Of a stretch of 64,000 nt of DNA, positions 24,532 to 37,680 are shown one piece after another. The notes beneath the pieces were generated by a model. That model made no database searches and had not been told where the DNA came from. It saw only the letters and a list, made by a program, of their open reading frames with translations. The DNA comes from Basidiobolus meristosporus CBS 931.73 (taxonomy: Eukaryota > Fungi > Basidiobolomycota). Each line of letters begins with the position of its first letter. Position 1 is the stretch's first letter. The stretch covers positions 38,105 through 102,104 of the forward strand of contig MCFE01000292.1 of NCBI GenBank assembly GCA_002104905.1, read 5' to 3'. Both the position numbers and the translations under genes were made by a program.

Positions 24532-26921
24532 CTATTAGAAATAGATTTGATAAATAAGTCTGTGAACTTCATCATGCATCTAATATATGTGACTTAACTA
24601 CTACTCTAAGATACACAAAGCTGTTTTAAATATCAAGGGTACACATAGTAGGTCACCTGCAATATAAGGGTATTTCATAGCTTGATAGGGCAATGTAAGA
24701 CACACAGTACTCTGAATTCTGGTGCAGGGGTCTGTGATATGTCACAAAATAACTATAATAAGCTATAAGCTCCTGTATAAAATAATTCTATAATATCAAT
24801 TGAGACTTATGTTTGCACCAAAATAATCATATAAGCCTGACCACTGTGTAAGACAGATACCTAGGCCATTAAGTTTTTATGTAGTACAACAGTCCTCACA
24901 CTTTATGTATATGTTCATGGCATATTGTACATGTTTTTTTTGCCAGAACCATGTATAAATATCACTTTTACATTCAATATATCATAGAGCAAAAGCCACT
25001 TAGTTTAGTTGTTGTCCCAGTCACTTACAACATCTACAAGACTCACAGCATATTGTTGGTGAGAAGCTAAGCTTACTTTTAAATACACTAAACCACTGGC
25101 AAGTTCTCATTGCCATTTTCCACCGCCACTATATAGTGATCATTGCATATGTTGGATGCAAGTACTTTTTGAAATATATTCCACATATTTGGTATGGATT
25201 AGCACTTTTAATCTGCTTAGGTTGTTATGAATTCGAGTAGCAATAAATAGTACAAATACATAGACCGGCTTTAGCAATTTTGGATAGCCTGAACCAACTA
25301 TACATCTTCCCAAATCTTCTCTAAGGCTGATTATATATCTCAATGATATGGTTGACCAAGCCTGTGAGAAATCAAAAGATACTTGCGACGCATTACACAT
25401 TGGCATGACTCAGTGGTTATTGGACCAGAAATTACTTTGATTGCTAATCGATTGGCTATGATGTACTGAATAAGCGCAGTCGAATGATTAAGAGTATGGC
25501 CAACGCATAGCAGAGAAGAATACCACCAAAATTCCAATTAGGAGTGGTTACTGCGGATCACCCAACACCGTTCATTCATCAAATCGAGGGCCACTTAGTA
25601 ATCAGCCGGCCGGGTAGTGAACCGACTCGAAGTGGAGGAAAGAATCCAGTTTTCCCCGAAACACAACTGATGACGGCTCATGAATCTCCAGGAGACCGTG
25701 TCCGGTGATGTCCAATGCACCCACATTCGCAACTCCTCCGGTGATTCGTGGCGCGAATTATCGAGAGCGGCGGCATATCCTATGGGCTGCACTTGCCCGT
25801 TCGGTTACAAAATGTGCGGTGCCACCAAGCAATACCAATCCGGAAGCATTGTCCTGCGAATTTTAATATGGATGGCCGGGCACCATTGGCCCTGGAATTA
25901 ATGGATTCGAATGCCTCGCTTTCTGCGCCTGATCCCGAACCGGATTCACTCTTGCTTGTCACTGGTGTCTTGGAAGGGATGCCTGTAGCGGGAGGATCTG
26001 GTTCCATATAACTAGGGTTAACACCACCTGGCTATGCTGTGAGCCAACTCCGCACCTTTGTCCGATCCCGCTGAAAGCATGAGGAGCGCATCTCAGTGTG
26101 AAGCACCGAGTTGAATCCAGGTTGGAGCGGCACCTGGCTGAGAGATCTTGGTCGTACGAGGGGCCCATCCATCCAAAGAAATGGCCGTATTTGGTAACTC
26201 GCTGAAATGTCTATTTGTCATAACTATGCCACCCTAGATTGCGATAGGCCACAGATCACGGCCAACAGCAACACTTGCACCAACTGATGGTTGGGCTTGG
26301 TGGTTGGTACAGAAGCGCCTTGCATCATTCTTGATTGGTGTCGCAGGAACATGAGGGGTCAACGGACCCACCGCACGGATTTCTCCGTGGAAATAGTAGA
26401 TGTTCTGGCTATCAACCGGAAGCAAGACAAGAGTCGACGAGGGCCAAACCCCATCGCAGAATGTGCCATCCGCGATTTTCATTGTATCAGAGTCGCTCAC
26501 CAACCACCGGAGCCAAATCCATGGAAGAATAAGTGTTACATGAGCCATACCCTACTCCAGGTTCCATGGTACAAATGGAGGAATTTTGCGAAACCAATAA
26601 CGAGCAGCTAGCAAAACCTGGTTTTCAAATGCAGCAGGAATGTTCCATCCAATCCACCCGCCATCCGTAGAATCGAATCAATGGCACCATCACACATGCG
26701 GCTGGGTCAGTTCGAGATTGTTCTTTTCGTGCGGTTCCCCTCTGTACCTAGGCAATCGAAATTCCCAGGCCTACGAGGGCGTGGTGAGGTACGTGATTGG
26801 TGGGAGTTGGGATGCGAAGGGCTATAGGAAAACAAGAATCTTCCCAATTTGTCAAGTGGGGAAATGAATTATTGGGTTGACTAATGAGATTGGACGAAGG
26901 AAAAATTTCCCTACCGCTGGC

Positions 26922-26929
26922 TATAAATA
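26922..26929 (+). promoter_or_regulatory. TATA box of the nucleoside phosphorylase gene
   Basis: TATAAATA ~70 bp upstream of the ATG at 26997. Confidence 0.55.
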
Positions 26930-26996
26930 CCCCCACTGTCGCCTGGGTCAACTACAACGTACAGTTCTTTTTTTCATCGACATCAAAGACTTAGAG

Positions 26997-27866
26997 ATGG
27001 TTTTTGCCAACGCCAACTTCCCAACCTCCCCCGATGGCCGTACCTACCACGTAGAGCTGAAGCACGGGGAGGCTGCCAATCGCATCATCACTGTAGGCGA
27101 CCCAGCCAGAGCCAAGCGCCTGACCAAGTTCCTCGACTCCGATCAACCGGTGTTTGAACTGAGCTCCCACAGAGGCTTCTACACCGCCACTGGACACTAC
27201 AAAGGAGTTCCCGTCAGTATCATTGCCATCGGTATGGGGATCTCCATGATGGATTTCTTTGTGCGCGAGGTTCGTGCCGTCGTTGACGGTCCCATGTGCA
27301 TCATCCGCCTCGGCTCTTGTGGCGCACTCAATGGAGCCAAGCCTGGAGAGTTCATGGTCCCCACCAGCTCGGTGGCCCTCACCCGTAACTACAACTACTT
27401 TGCCCCCAACTCCAACGCCACCAAGCCATACGACATTTCTCTCGAGTTCCCCGCCGACAAAGACCTTACCGACATTTTGACCGACGAGCTGAACCAGGCG
27501 TTCGGTGAGGAGAAGGTCCACAATGGCGTGAACATCACTGCCGACTCCTTCTACTCTTCCCAAGGCCGTGTGGACGGAAACTTCGTTGACGCCAATGAGA
27601 ACCTGTTCGAGGTGATCAGAGAGGAGCTACCCACCGCCGTCTCCCTCGAAATGGAAACCTTCATGTTGTATCACCTTGCCCATTGCTCCACCGGCGCCCC
27701 CGTGGCCGAGAAAAGCAGCCGTAGCATCCACTGCAGTGCATCCATGATGGTCTTTGCTGACCGTGTTACCAACCAATTCATTGATCACTCCATTGTCCCT
27801 GCACTCGAAGAGAAGGCCGGACGTGCGGTTTTCGAGTCCCTAATCAAGTGGAACCCCGAGAACTAG
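26997..27866 (+). CDS. Uridine/purine nucleoside phosphorylase (PNP_UDP_1 family), 289 aa, intronless
   Basis: Motifs RIITVGDPARA, IGMGISMMD, IIRLGSCG, TADSFYSSQGR and SLEMETF. Strong C-ending codon bias begins at the ATG at 26997. Confidence 0.92.
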   Translation: MVFANANFPTSPDGRTYHVELKHGEAANRIITVGDPARAKRLTKFLDSDQPVFELSSHRGFYTATGHYKGVPVSIIAIGMGISMMDFFVREVRAVVDGPMCIIRLGSCGALNGAKPGEFMVPTSSVALTRNYNYFAPNSNATKPYDISLEFPADKDLTDILTDELNQAFGEEKVHNGVNITADSFYSSQGRVDGNFVDANENLFEVIREELPTAVSLEMETFMLYHLAHCSTGAPVAEKSSRSIHCSASMMVFADRVTNQFIDHSIVPALEEKAGRAVFESLIKWNPEN

Positions 27867-28223
27867 ATCCCGGGAGGCAGCCATCATAGTAACATCGTCA
27901 ACATTTCTATTCCCGGAACACCACCCCCGGTTTTATTCCAAATTGTACTTTTATATTAATAAATTGTCAATAATTTGAGTTCAAGATATGATAGATTGAG
28001 AAACAAGGTGGTTGCCCGTCGAGGTTGCTTCCCCCTGAAGCCCGACCGACACCAGAATTCCAGCCAGGCTGTCTCTGGCATATCTACCGAGCGCATCCCT
28101 GAGAAGGTATTTCACATGCACGTTTACCCAGTGGGGGGGATGGAATCGCGGTGCAGAAAAGTCGGATGGTTAAGGTTTGCGGGGGGGGAGACGATTCTAA
28201 GGGATCAGGTTTATTTACAGCAA

Positions 28224-28925
28224 TTAGAAGGATTTGTATTCGAGTTCGGCAGTCAGATGCTGCGAGATGGTATCAAAGTTCAAGTAATTCTCTATGGATA
28301 GGTGAAAGCGTTCGGGGGAGCCATAGGTGTACACGATGGACAACGAGGCCGGGGAGAGAATCTTCCTCAGCTGGGCGCTCACGATCATTCTGGCGGAGGA
28401 GTTGAGTATTTTGTACCCATTACGAAACCGGAACATCACCGACTCGTGGATGGTCAACAGGTTGGGCTCGAACCGGACGTGGCAGAGCGAGTCGAAGACG
28501 ATTTGGATGTTGGGCACGAAGGACTTGACCGCGGAGAACATCACCTCTATCACCCCGTCGAGAAATTCCCGCAGTATCTCGCTCGCCTCGACGTTTAGTT
28601 GCTCGATCACCGTTGCCGTTGGGATGGCCCAGAAGTCCAGTGCTTCCTCGAACGAAGGGTCGATATCGAGGGGTCGGGGTACCGGCTTGCCGGTCCGATA
28701 GAACCTTAAGATATGGTCGAACCACTGGGGACTGAAGTCGATGTGGTACTCCCCCTTCTCGTTGGGCCTGGTGAGCTCCTTATTCTCTTGGGCAAACATC
28801 CGACCCAACATGGTGTCGGGATAATTCTGTATCGTTTCCAGCGTGGTCACAAACCGTGCTCCACCCACATTCAGGGTGATCCGAGACTCCCTGCCGTTGT
28901 TGATTGTTTCCCCTTCGATATCCAT
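28224..28925 (-). CDS. BTB/POZ (KCTD/T1-type) domain protein, 233 aa
   Basis: ITLNVGGARFVTTLETI..YPDTMLGRMF..GEYHID.SPQWFDHILRFYRTG; TATAAAG upstream at ~28970. Confidence 0.88.
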   Translation of the reverse strand: MDIEGETINNGRESRITLNVGGARFVTTLETIQNYPDTMLGRMFAQENKELTRPNEKGEYHIDFSPQWFDHILRFYRTGKPVPRPLDIDPSFEEALDFWAIPTATVIEQLNVEASEILREFLDGVIEVMFSAVKSFVPNIQIVFDSLCHVRFEPNLLTIHESVMFRFRNGYKILNSSARMIVSAQLRKILSPASLSIVYTYGSPERFHLSIENYLNFDTISQHLTAELEYKSF

Positions 28926-30617
28926 CTGTTTCTGGTCATCTAGACGGGCGCCCTCGTTCGGGCGCTTCTTTTATACCGCGGCGGTGTTGATGTTACAATC
29001 AACAGTCATCCTTCTTCAAAGAATCTCTGCTCAATCCATCAACTGATTCGCGACGAGTGAGCCAATCCCTTGGATGGATGCGGATCTGTGTGACTCTGTC
29101 GAATGGCAGCGATCTGCTGATGAGATCAGTCAAGCTCTCGGTGCCCCATTGGCCAAGCTGGTGGGAGATCTCGGTTGGCGAATAGACGAAGGCGTGAGTC
29201 TTGAGGAACTTCCGCAAAAATAGCCTCGATCAGCACTCGTTGAGGGAGGGGTTTGGCATACTCCACCCCAGGGGGCAGCCAGCGGTAGAGTTGTTGAGGA
29301 CAGCTCTTCAGGCTGGACCAGCGCAAGTCCCACGATACAGACGACTAGGTGCTTGCCGCACCACTACCGACGGCATGGGTTGGGTAATGTGTCCACCCAA
29401 TTGCGAGAACAGCCTTGTCGGAGAAAAAGAAGCTCGTCCTACTGGAGGAGTTTTGAGATTCGCGGATCGGACTGTTTACCGTTAGAGGGTCAGTGGGTGC
29501 AATGGAATCGCTTGCCTGAAGCCATGGAATGTCCATCCGAGACGGGGATTGGCTGGTTGAAACCCGGATGAAGCAATCCGTTCAATCAATGGCCGTTGTG
29601 GGATTGGGCGAATGAGTTGTCCATGCGTTTCATCCCATCTCCATTGCGGGTGAGCTGTTGTTCACAGAGAAGTATGGTTCTCGACCCACTCATGCCCATC
29701 TCCCCCAATTCCCTCCGCCAGGTCGATTCGGCAACGATGCGATTGGCCGCTCAGCTGGATGATTCGCATACCGGCTGCTGCACTCCGTCCATGCTACTCG
29801 ATGGGACTTTTAATCGCTGGCGCGGTCAGCTGGGCGCGGCACCTGCAACACACGCAGCACGGCGCATCGACCCAAGTTGCTATATAAGCGCGTCCCGTCA
29901 TTTATCCAGAAAACCAACCCAACCGGATCATGCTGCCCACCGCTTCACATATATATGTCTCACTCGACTTGTAAAGATAGAGATATTATCAGAGGGATTT
30001 ACCGCAGTGAGGAATCGCACTCGTGATCAACCAGTGCTCCGCGCTGGGTAAAGGGACGGCGCTTTTCCAACAGGTGGCTGCCAACACCTTGAGTTCGCGG
30101 CAACGTCTACAGCCCCTAGACTGGACGATCGCCCATTGGGTGCTGGCTGCACCTGCGCTCAACGCGATCCCCATGCCCTGGTACCGGGGCTCTGGGGCCG
30201 GCTCGAGTGGTGTGGTTACCGCTTTCTGGAGCAGCGATGGATACCACCGAGGCCAAGCGTCGAGACAGCCCAGGGGAGCGACCGATGATTTGACCAGATA
30301 GGCAAGATCAAGTCAGCCACTCAAATTGGCTAGCAGCGGGGTTCCAGCAGATGCTGTTACTGATGCATAATTACCCTTCGTCACACGGATCCCGGTAGGA
30401 GAAGCAATCCCGGTGATTACAACAAGCACGCCGATGGTGCAGTGAGCATCGGGCTGTACGCTAGTCGCTGCGCTCCAAACTTTTTCAAACTGGTTCGGCC
30501 CTGGGGACGGGTGATCAACCTAAAGGGCGGCATGCACGTGGGAAATAAACTACCATCCCCTATATATAGGCCCGCCAGCTTCCCCCATTATGCGGAGACC
30601 TCGAGCTCAGCATCCTC

Positions 30618-31301
30618 ATGACATTCACCGAAACGAGACCCAGCGACACCAAAGAGTCCCCCATCATACTAAACATCGGCGGGGAGAAATTCGTCACCAC
30701 CCTGGGGACCCTTAGAAGCCAGCCAGACACCATGCTGGGCAGGATGTTCGCCGAGCACAACCAATCCATCACCAAGCCGAACGACGACGGGGAGTACTTC
30801 ATCGACTACAGCCCCGAATGGTTCGACCGGATCCTGGAGTTTCATCGAACTGGTAAGCCCCTGCATAGGCCAAAGAACGCTAATTCCTTCGACCAGATCA
30901 TCAACTTCTGGGCGGTCCCCTCCCAATCGGTTGCCGAGGAGCTCAACTCCCAGGCGAGTCTGGTGTTGAAGCAGTTCCTGGACGTGGTGGTGGAGATCAT
31001 GTTCCAGGCCGTGGGGTTGTTCAGCTCTAACGTGTGCATCGTGCTGAACCGCGGGGGTGCCCACAAAGTGTGGTTAGGTTCGGTGGACCATGAGATGGAG
31101 GAGAAAACGATGAGCCAGCTGAACCATGGCTACCAGATCATCCGTTCCCCCGCCAAGGAGATCGTCATCCGCTACCTGGAGAAAACGTTCGGGGCCTCGG
31201 TGTGCGTGGTGTCGAACGGCAAGCACGTCTACAGTATTAAAATCAGCAACTATCTTAATTACGAGGAGATTTCCAGAAATATCTTTGACTCTTTGGAGTA
31301 G
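30618..31301 (+). CDS. BTB/POZ (KCTD/T1-type) domain protein, 227 aa, paralogue of 28224-28925
   Basis: IILNIGGEKFVTTLGTL..QPDTMLGRMF..GEYFID.SPEWFDRILEFHRTG; TATATATA at ~30561; shared C-terminal domain. Confidence 0.88.
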   Translation: MTFTETRPSDTKESPIILNIGGEKFVTTLGTLRSQPDTMLGRMFAEHNQSITKPNDDGEYFIDYSPEWFDRILEFHRTGKPLHRPKNANSFDQIINFWAVPSQSVAEELNSQASLVLKQFLDVVVEIMFQAVGLFSSNVCIVLNRGGAHKVWLGSVDHEMEEKTMSQLNHGYQIIRSPAKEIVIRYLEKTFGASVCVVSNGKHVYSIKISNYLNYEEISRNIFDSLE

Positions 31302-32199
31302 CTGCTCCCTCCCCCCCTCCCTCTTCACTTACGCCTCCCACTCCCCGCAAACAATAAACTCACCACTTCCGTTGACCCTTCGGGCCGATGGTTCGTCGCA
31401 CCCATCGAAGGTGGTAACGCGGGTGAACGTACACGTCACCGGTGCCACCTTGGATGCGTTGGATGCGCTTAGAGAGCCCATTTTAGAATAGAGTATAATA
31501 AACCAGGGTTAGGAACGCCTATATTGAACACCCTTTCCCGAGTTCAAGAAACAGCAACCGAACGGGCGGAGCTTGGACGTCACGAAACGGAGACCCTAGC
31601 AAACAGCGGGATGCTGAAGACAATTCAGCACCCCACTGGTGCGTGTTTCGATGGATCAAGGTCTCCGATAGTGCTACACATATGTCCACTGTAGTACTTT
31701 CGAAAAAACTCCTTCGTTGCTGTGGCGACGGGGTAGCGAGGGTCAGTCCTGCACACGCATGTACCTTAGATCCTGGCCGCCATCCAATGGTTGCAATTGA
31801 AGGTTGGATGGGGCCCGGCCGATCAGGATCGGCTCAGTCACGTGGGACGTATATGGGATCTGTCGGTTTGCACCTGACTTCGCATACACTGTTTGCATTT
31901 TGATCATGGTGTGCATATGGACACAAACAGAAAAATCCTTTGATAGATGCAAGACCTTGGATTTTTGGGCACTATTTGAAAGCGTTTCCACTGATCTTTG
32001 CTTAACAACCAATACAACCCTTAAAAGTGCCAACTCATTGGTGCAACACCCATCCTCCCATTATTCTCACCTGATCTACTCCACCAACTAGGGTCAGTGG
32101 CCATTTATACCCCATAAGAAAAAACACTAAGAAAAGGTAGAATGCCTCACAATATCAGCTGAACTCCAACTTTCCCAAAATGTCAACTCTCAATATCTT

Positions 32200-34990
32200 G
32201 GGTACTAGCTTCACAGCAGAGAAGTAGACATCCTTTCCAGGGGGAGACTAGGCCAACTAGCATTCATACCAAATATGATGTTCAGCTGCTCATTACTTCC
32301 ACTAGAAATTGCAACTGAAGATCTGAAGGAGAAACACCAGCTGAATACCAGCAGAAATACCATCAGAATATCAGCAGAAGACCAGCCAAAAGCTCCATGA
32401 ATCCAAACTTGGAGATTTTCCATAGAGACCTCAAAAGAATTCCAGCGCATTGGAAGTACAAGGCAAATTATGGATATCCCCATATAAGGTTGGTACAGCT
32501 ATCCCTATGAAAGATCTCAAACTTGTAACTCACCTGATTTCCAGCTGGTATACTGCAGGTACTCTGATGGTATTTTGCTGCTATTCAGCTGGTGTTTTTG
32601 GTTCAGAATTTCAAATGCAATATTTGATGGAAGTAATGGCAACTAATTACCAAATTTGACATGGATACTTGTTGGCCTAGCCTCCTCCTTGAGAATTGGT
32701 TTGCTTGCCTGCCCATCAGCTAACAACAGTGATATTGGGAGTTGTCAATCACAAGAAACTTGGAGTTCATCTGATATTAAGATGGTATGTTGCTGGCCTT
32801 TTCTTAATTTTGCTTGTAAGGGATGTGCAACCCTAGCTGGGGCACACTTTGTGTCTAGCTTGGGACCTGTTGGTGGTTTACTGCTAATACTGGTACACCA
32901 AAAACCACTAGGCAGTATGATAATGACTCTTGTGTAGTGTGCATAACTTTACCTAATACTACTTGAATCAGGCATGACTTATGAACTTCAGGCCCTGGAG
33001 TCCTCAATTTGGGTAGGTGTAGAAGTTTGTCACTAAAACACTGGCTGTTGTTGAAATTTGCTTTGCAGAGTATATGTCTGAGAAAGATTTGTAATTTTGC
33101 CTGAATATTCTTGCCACTTGTGTTGTAAAGATTTGTAATTGCATCTAAATATCTACTTAACTTAGTCTCTTAGATTTACCTGCAAATCTTGGTGAACAGG
33201 ACATGTATTTCCACCATGTTGTTCAAACAGGTGCAAACTTTGCCATCATGTATTTGGGATCTTTCAGAGCATATTCAAGTAGTTTGCCTTGCCAAGGCCA
33301 TTCAAAAGTGTAAATTCAGGTCCTGCATTCAAAGAGTCCTTAAGTGAGAATCCAAAAATCTACTTGTACTCCCTGTTACTTTCAATATCTCCAAGAATCT
33401 TACAGCACACTATATGCACAAGGCTGTTAGTTGATGGAATGTCAACTAATGCCTTACTGGTGTTTCCCCCTCTGCTGAAATGTTGGATAGGTCCAAGTAT
33501 CAAGTCTTGAAGGTGAAGGCAAAGATGCTACTACAGAGAATCTTGTAATGGGAGAAGAATGCCATCTTAAAGAAGATGAAGGATCCCTAAATTACCATAA
33601 GAGAAAACAAGGTGCTTTAAACTGCATTTGCCTTAACATTAACCCTATGATAAATACTGGTAATGATCCTGTCTAAAGGCTGTCACAATATTAAGTCCCA
33701 TGACTAAGAGGTACTGATCCTGTCAGGACACCATGCAATATGTGTATGGTGAAACTTCAGTTATACTTCAAATGCCAATTGCATTGACCTATACATGTCC
33801 CAATACCCAACACTAATATGAAGCCCAACACCACACTCACCAAGTAACTCCATTAAAATCCACCATTCAATAAGTATTTCTGCTCTATCACCCTTTTTCC
33901 ATGACTTTTGCAGGATCCCTGTGGCTTTATACCACTGTTCATTCACTGGTTCCTAGATATCCTGATCCTCATCAGGCATTGCAAGGTCTAGCACCTCATC
34001 TGCCAGTATTTGCAATAAATCCTTGCAGTATTCAAGTGCATTTTCCTGAGCACTGCTCTTGAAGAAGTGCTGCAATATCTTTGTGTGACTATATATGCTC
34101 CAAAACTTCACTGTAGGCATTGCAATTGTCTTTTGAGCTTTTAACAATGTTGCTTTCTTTGTCAGTGGAATCTACACTCTGTCTACTCTGGAGATCATGG
34201 AGGCAGTGGTAGAAAAGTTGCTTTTCACTGCAGGCTCATCTACCTCACTGGAGTGTAGCTCAACTGGCTGTGCTTCCACTCTTGAGAAAACAGCAGTTTT
34301 CTAGTTGGTAATTCATCTTTGCTCTGATGGGATTCAGCCTGTTCTGGGCTGATGGCATTAATTGGTGAGAACTGCAACTTTTTTCTGATGCTTCCCTGTC
34401 TCTGGATTGGGGAGCCCTTTTTTCTTTACCTTTACCTTTGACTCAGTGCTTCAGGTATGGTAGCCCTGCTTGTGATGGGCTCCTGAGGAAGCAGCTGGTT
34501 TTTAGTCATGGCACCCTTGTTCTTATGCCTCTAATAGTTTCTGCTATTCTTGATACACTTTCTTAGCTTGTGGCAGGCTCCTGAGAAAGCCAGCGGTTTT
34601 TATCTCTGTCAGGTTCTTCACTGCTAATGTGACTAAGTGCTTTTTGCATTGAACTGCATTTTCTCCTTAATAATTGCAGCACTGATGCATCTGTTTCTGC
34701 CAGCCTGTCCCTTATTGGTACTCTTCTGGCCACCAGATGTTTCTTTGCCACTTGTATAGAGCTATCAGCACTGCTTGTGACAAGCTCTTGAGGAAGCCCC
34801 TGATTTTTAACTTTGGCACCCTTGTTTTTCTGCCTTTGATAGTTTTCCCATTCTTGATATACTTTGTTATGACTCCCATGCTGGTGCAAATTCTGGTTAC
34901 TTACTTGTATTCAGGATAATTCTCATGGAACAGGTCAAGTGCATTCCACTTGGCCTTGAGTTACTAATAGTCCCATGTTATGCCAGCCTT
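32200..34990 (-). mobile_element. Unclassified repeat family A, copy 2
   Basis: 33760-34420 is homologous to 48840-49310 (inverted) and 55550-56160; 34450-34990 is homologous to 17300-17740; 32420-32780 is homologous to 16560-16900. Boundaries are approximate. Confidence 0.65.
33210..33660 (+). mobile_element. Old Copia fragment (LTR 3' part plus gag piece)
   Basis: 33230-33407 resembles the 18731/24179 LTR family; 33500-33640 aligns with the gag remnant at 23950-24080. Confidence 0.55.
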
Positions 34991-37680
34991 GAGATGTGTG
35001 GTTATGTAATGTACTCCATTACTACTATATCTCTAAACCAACATTGCACCAATTTCTTTATTTTGCATTTGCTATTGTAAAACACAAATGAAAGATCAAG
35101 AAAAGCCAACTTTGAAAGATAAAGGCTCAGGACCCTGAAAAGCAATCCACCCAAAAATATTATATCATGCAGAGCACTCAGCAGTCAACACATGTTTAAA
35201 ATAACAGCTCATTTGAAGCAGTACTGAAGGAGTTATCATCAAAAGAGTACAATAACTGTATATACTAGGCCCTATGAAAAATAATATGATCCCATGGGTG
35301 GATCCAATCTGGATCAGCCATCAGGGTCCTGTTTGGAGACTATCATAATATCAGCAGCTTGGAATTAGTGACCCTCTTGATAATCTTATAATGGGACCAC
35401 AATGACATTTTGCTAATTTTACTGACAAACAAAGTTATAAAACTTGACAGGGTTTGATTGGTGCTGCAATGACAATTGCATGGCATTGTTGCGGTCTTAC
35501 TGAGCTCTACAGCTACTATATATGGATCTAACTGGCCAGTATATCCAACTGCCTTATATGGCAAAAAACTGGCCAGTATTTTGACAGCCTCACAGCAAGT
35601 CTCTGATGGCATTATCACAGCAGTTTGGCAGCCTACAGCTAGTTCTGTATAATGATACTGTACCAGTTTAGCAAATAGTATTTCCTTTTTCTACCTCCCC
35701 TTGCGCAATTCATATATTAGACTTGTTCCATTGTACTGTGCCAGGGCATGTGGCACAATCTGCATTCTTAAAGAGCAATTGGGCACAATATTGTAGCTAC
35801 CAGTAGGTAGGATTGCTCTTGGACAATTTTACACCATGTGGGACAATCTCACACACTATGGCACAATCTAACACACTGAGGTTGGCACAAATGATTGCGC
35901 CCACTTGTAATGTTTGCATCACGTGCGCAATTGGATACTGCTATTATGGTAGGTAAAATCTGGTATTTGGATATGTTTCTTTAATGTAAATAGAAATAAA
36001 TATGTACCACACTATAAACTACACTGATAGTTACCATTTTGATTACCATCACTCCAATTGGATGGTATCTCAGAGGCTAATTGGTTCAAAAGTATCCTGA
36101 AGCTTTCAGCCCCCAATTGGCTTTTTGCCCAATAAACAACCTACCTGATTAGCCATAAAATATATCATTTTGCCCATTAAGCAAGTAAATTCCTGATCCT
36201 AGTGATTGGACAAGGTGTCATAGCTAGCATGCAACCAATTGTATGGGTGCAAATCAGATCACATGGCTGCACTGGTGCCACAGATGATGTATACATATGC
36301 AGGATGTTTATTTATAGGGGTCCTGTCTCAAATGTGAGACAACCTTGATATTACTTATATCAAAAATTTAGTGATCACTGATTTGCAATGGCTCAATGCA
36401 GATTGCAAAAAAAACGTGTTGTTTGGATCATTACAAATAATAGCAATTCAATGCAATTGCATCATCTTCTCCTAGGCTTTTTCCTCACAGGGATTACTAC
36501 TGAAGTATTTGGTAGTGATTCACTTTGCACACCTAAACTTCTTTCTTGTTGACTATCCTCTTGGGTACTTGTGTATTTGTAGTCAGTATTTTGCCTCCTG
36601 GTTAATAGACTTGTTCCATTGTACCGTGCCAGGGTGCGCGGCGCAATCTGCAGTTGCAAAGAACAATCGGGTGCAATATTATAGCTACCAGAAGGCAGGA
36701 TTGTTCTTGGACAATTTTGCAATATGCGGGACAATCTCACACACTATGGCACAATCTGACACAATGAGGTTGGCACGGATGATCGCGCCAACTTGTAATG
36801 TTTGCATCACGTGCGCAATTGGATACCACTATTATGGCAGGTAAAATCCGGTATTTGGATATGTTTCTTTAATGTAAATGGAAATAAATGTGTATCACAC
36901 TATAAACTACACTGATACTTACCATTTTGGTTACCCTCACTCCAATTGGACGGTATCTCAGTGGTTAATTGGTCCAAAAGTATCCTGAAGCTGGCAGCCC
37001 CCAATTGGCTCATTGACTACTGAAAAAGCTACCTGATTTGCCATTAAATATCCCATTTTGCCCATTGAGCAAGTAAATCCCTGATCCTAGTGATTGGACA
37101 AGGTGTCATAGCTAGCACACAAGCAATTGTGTAGGTGCAAAACAGATCCAATAGCTGCACTGGTATTACAGATGACGTATATAAATGCAGAGTGTTTATT
37201 TATAGGGGTTCTGTCTCAAATGTGAGACAACCTTGATATTACTTATATCAAAAATTTGATGATCACTGATTTGCAATGGCTCAATTTGGATTGCAAAAAA
37301 AAAGGGTTGTTGGGATCATTACAAATGTGAGCAATTCAAAGCAATTGCATCATCTTCTCCTGGGTTTTTTTCTCACAGGGATTACTACTGAAGCATTTGG
37401 TAGTGACTCACTTTGCACACCTATACTACTTCCTGGCTGACTATCATCTTGGCTACTTGCGTATTTGTACTCAGTATGTTGCCTCCTAGTTGATGAGTGC
37501 AATGCTGCAGCTTGGCCGCGCTGAATTGCTCCAACTGAACCAACTGCACCGGCCTGTAGTGCCATGCGCTGACGCGTTCTTTTAATTGCCAAGGGCTCCG
37601 GTGGTTGAGGCACTTCATGTTGGTCATCATCAGTCAGTTCACCAGAAGTAACTTGCTGATGGTCAGGCAAAATGGCACGC

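Noticed and set aside
26877-26996. N-terminal extension of the phosphorylase ORF
   Set aside because: It overlaps the TATA box and a T-rich leader; homology and codon bias begin at the ATG at 26997.
29040-30550. Several ORFs between the two BTB genes
   Set aside because: Overlapping on both strands, as expected for GC-rich DNA, with no domain motif or consistent frame.
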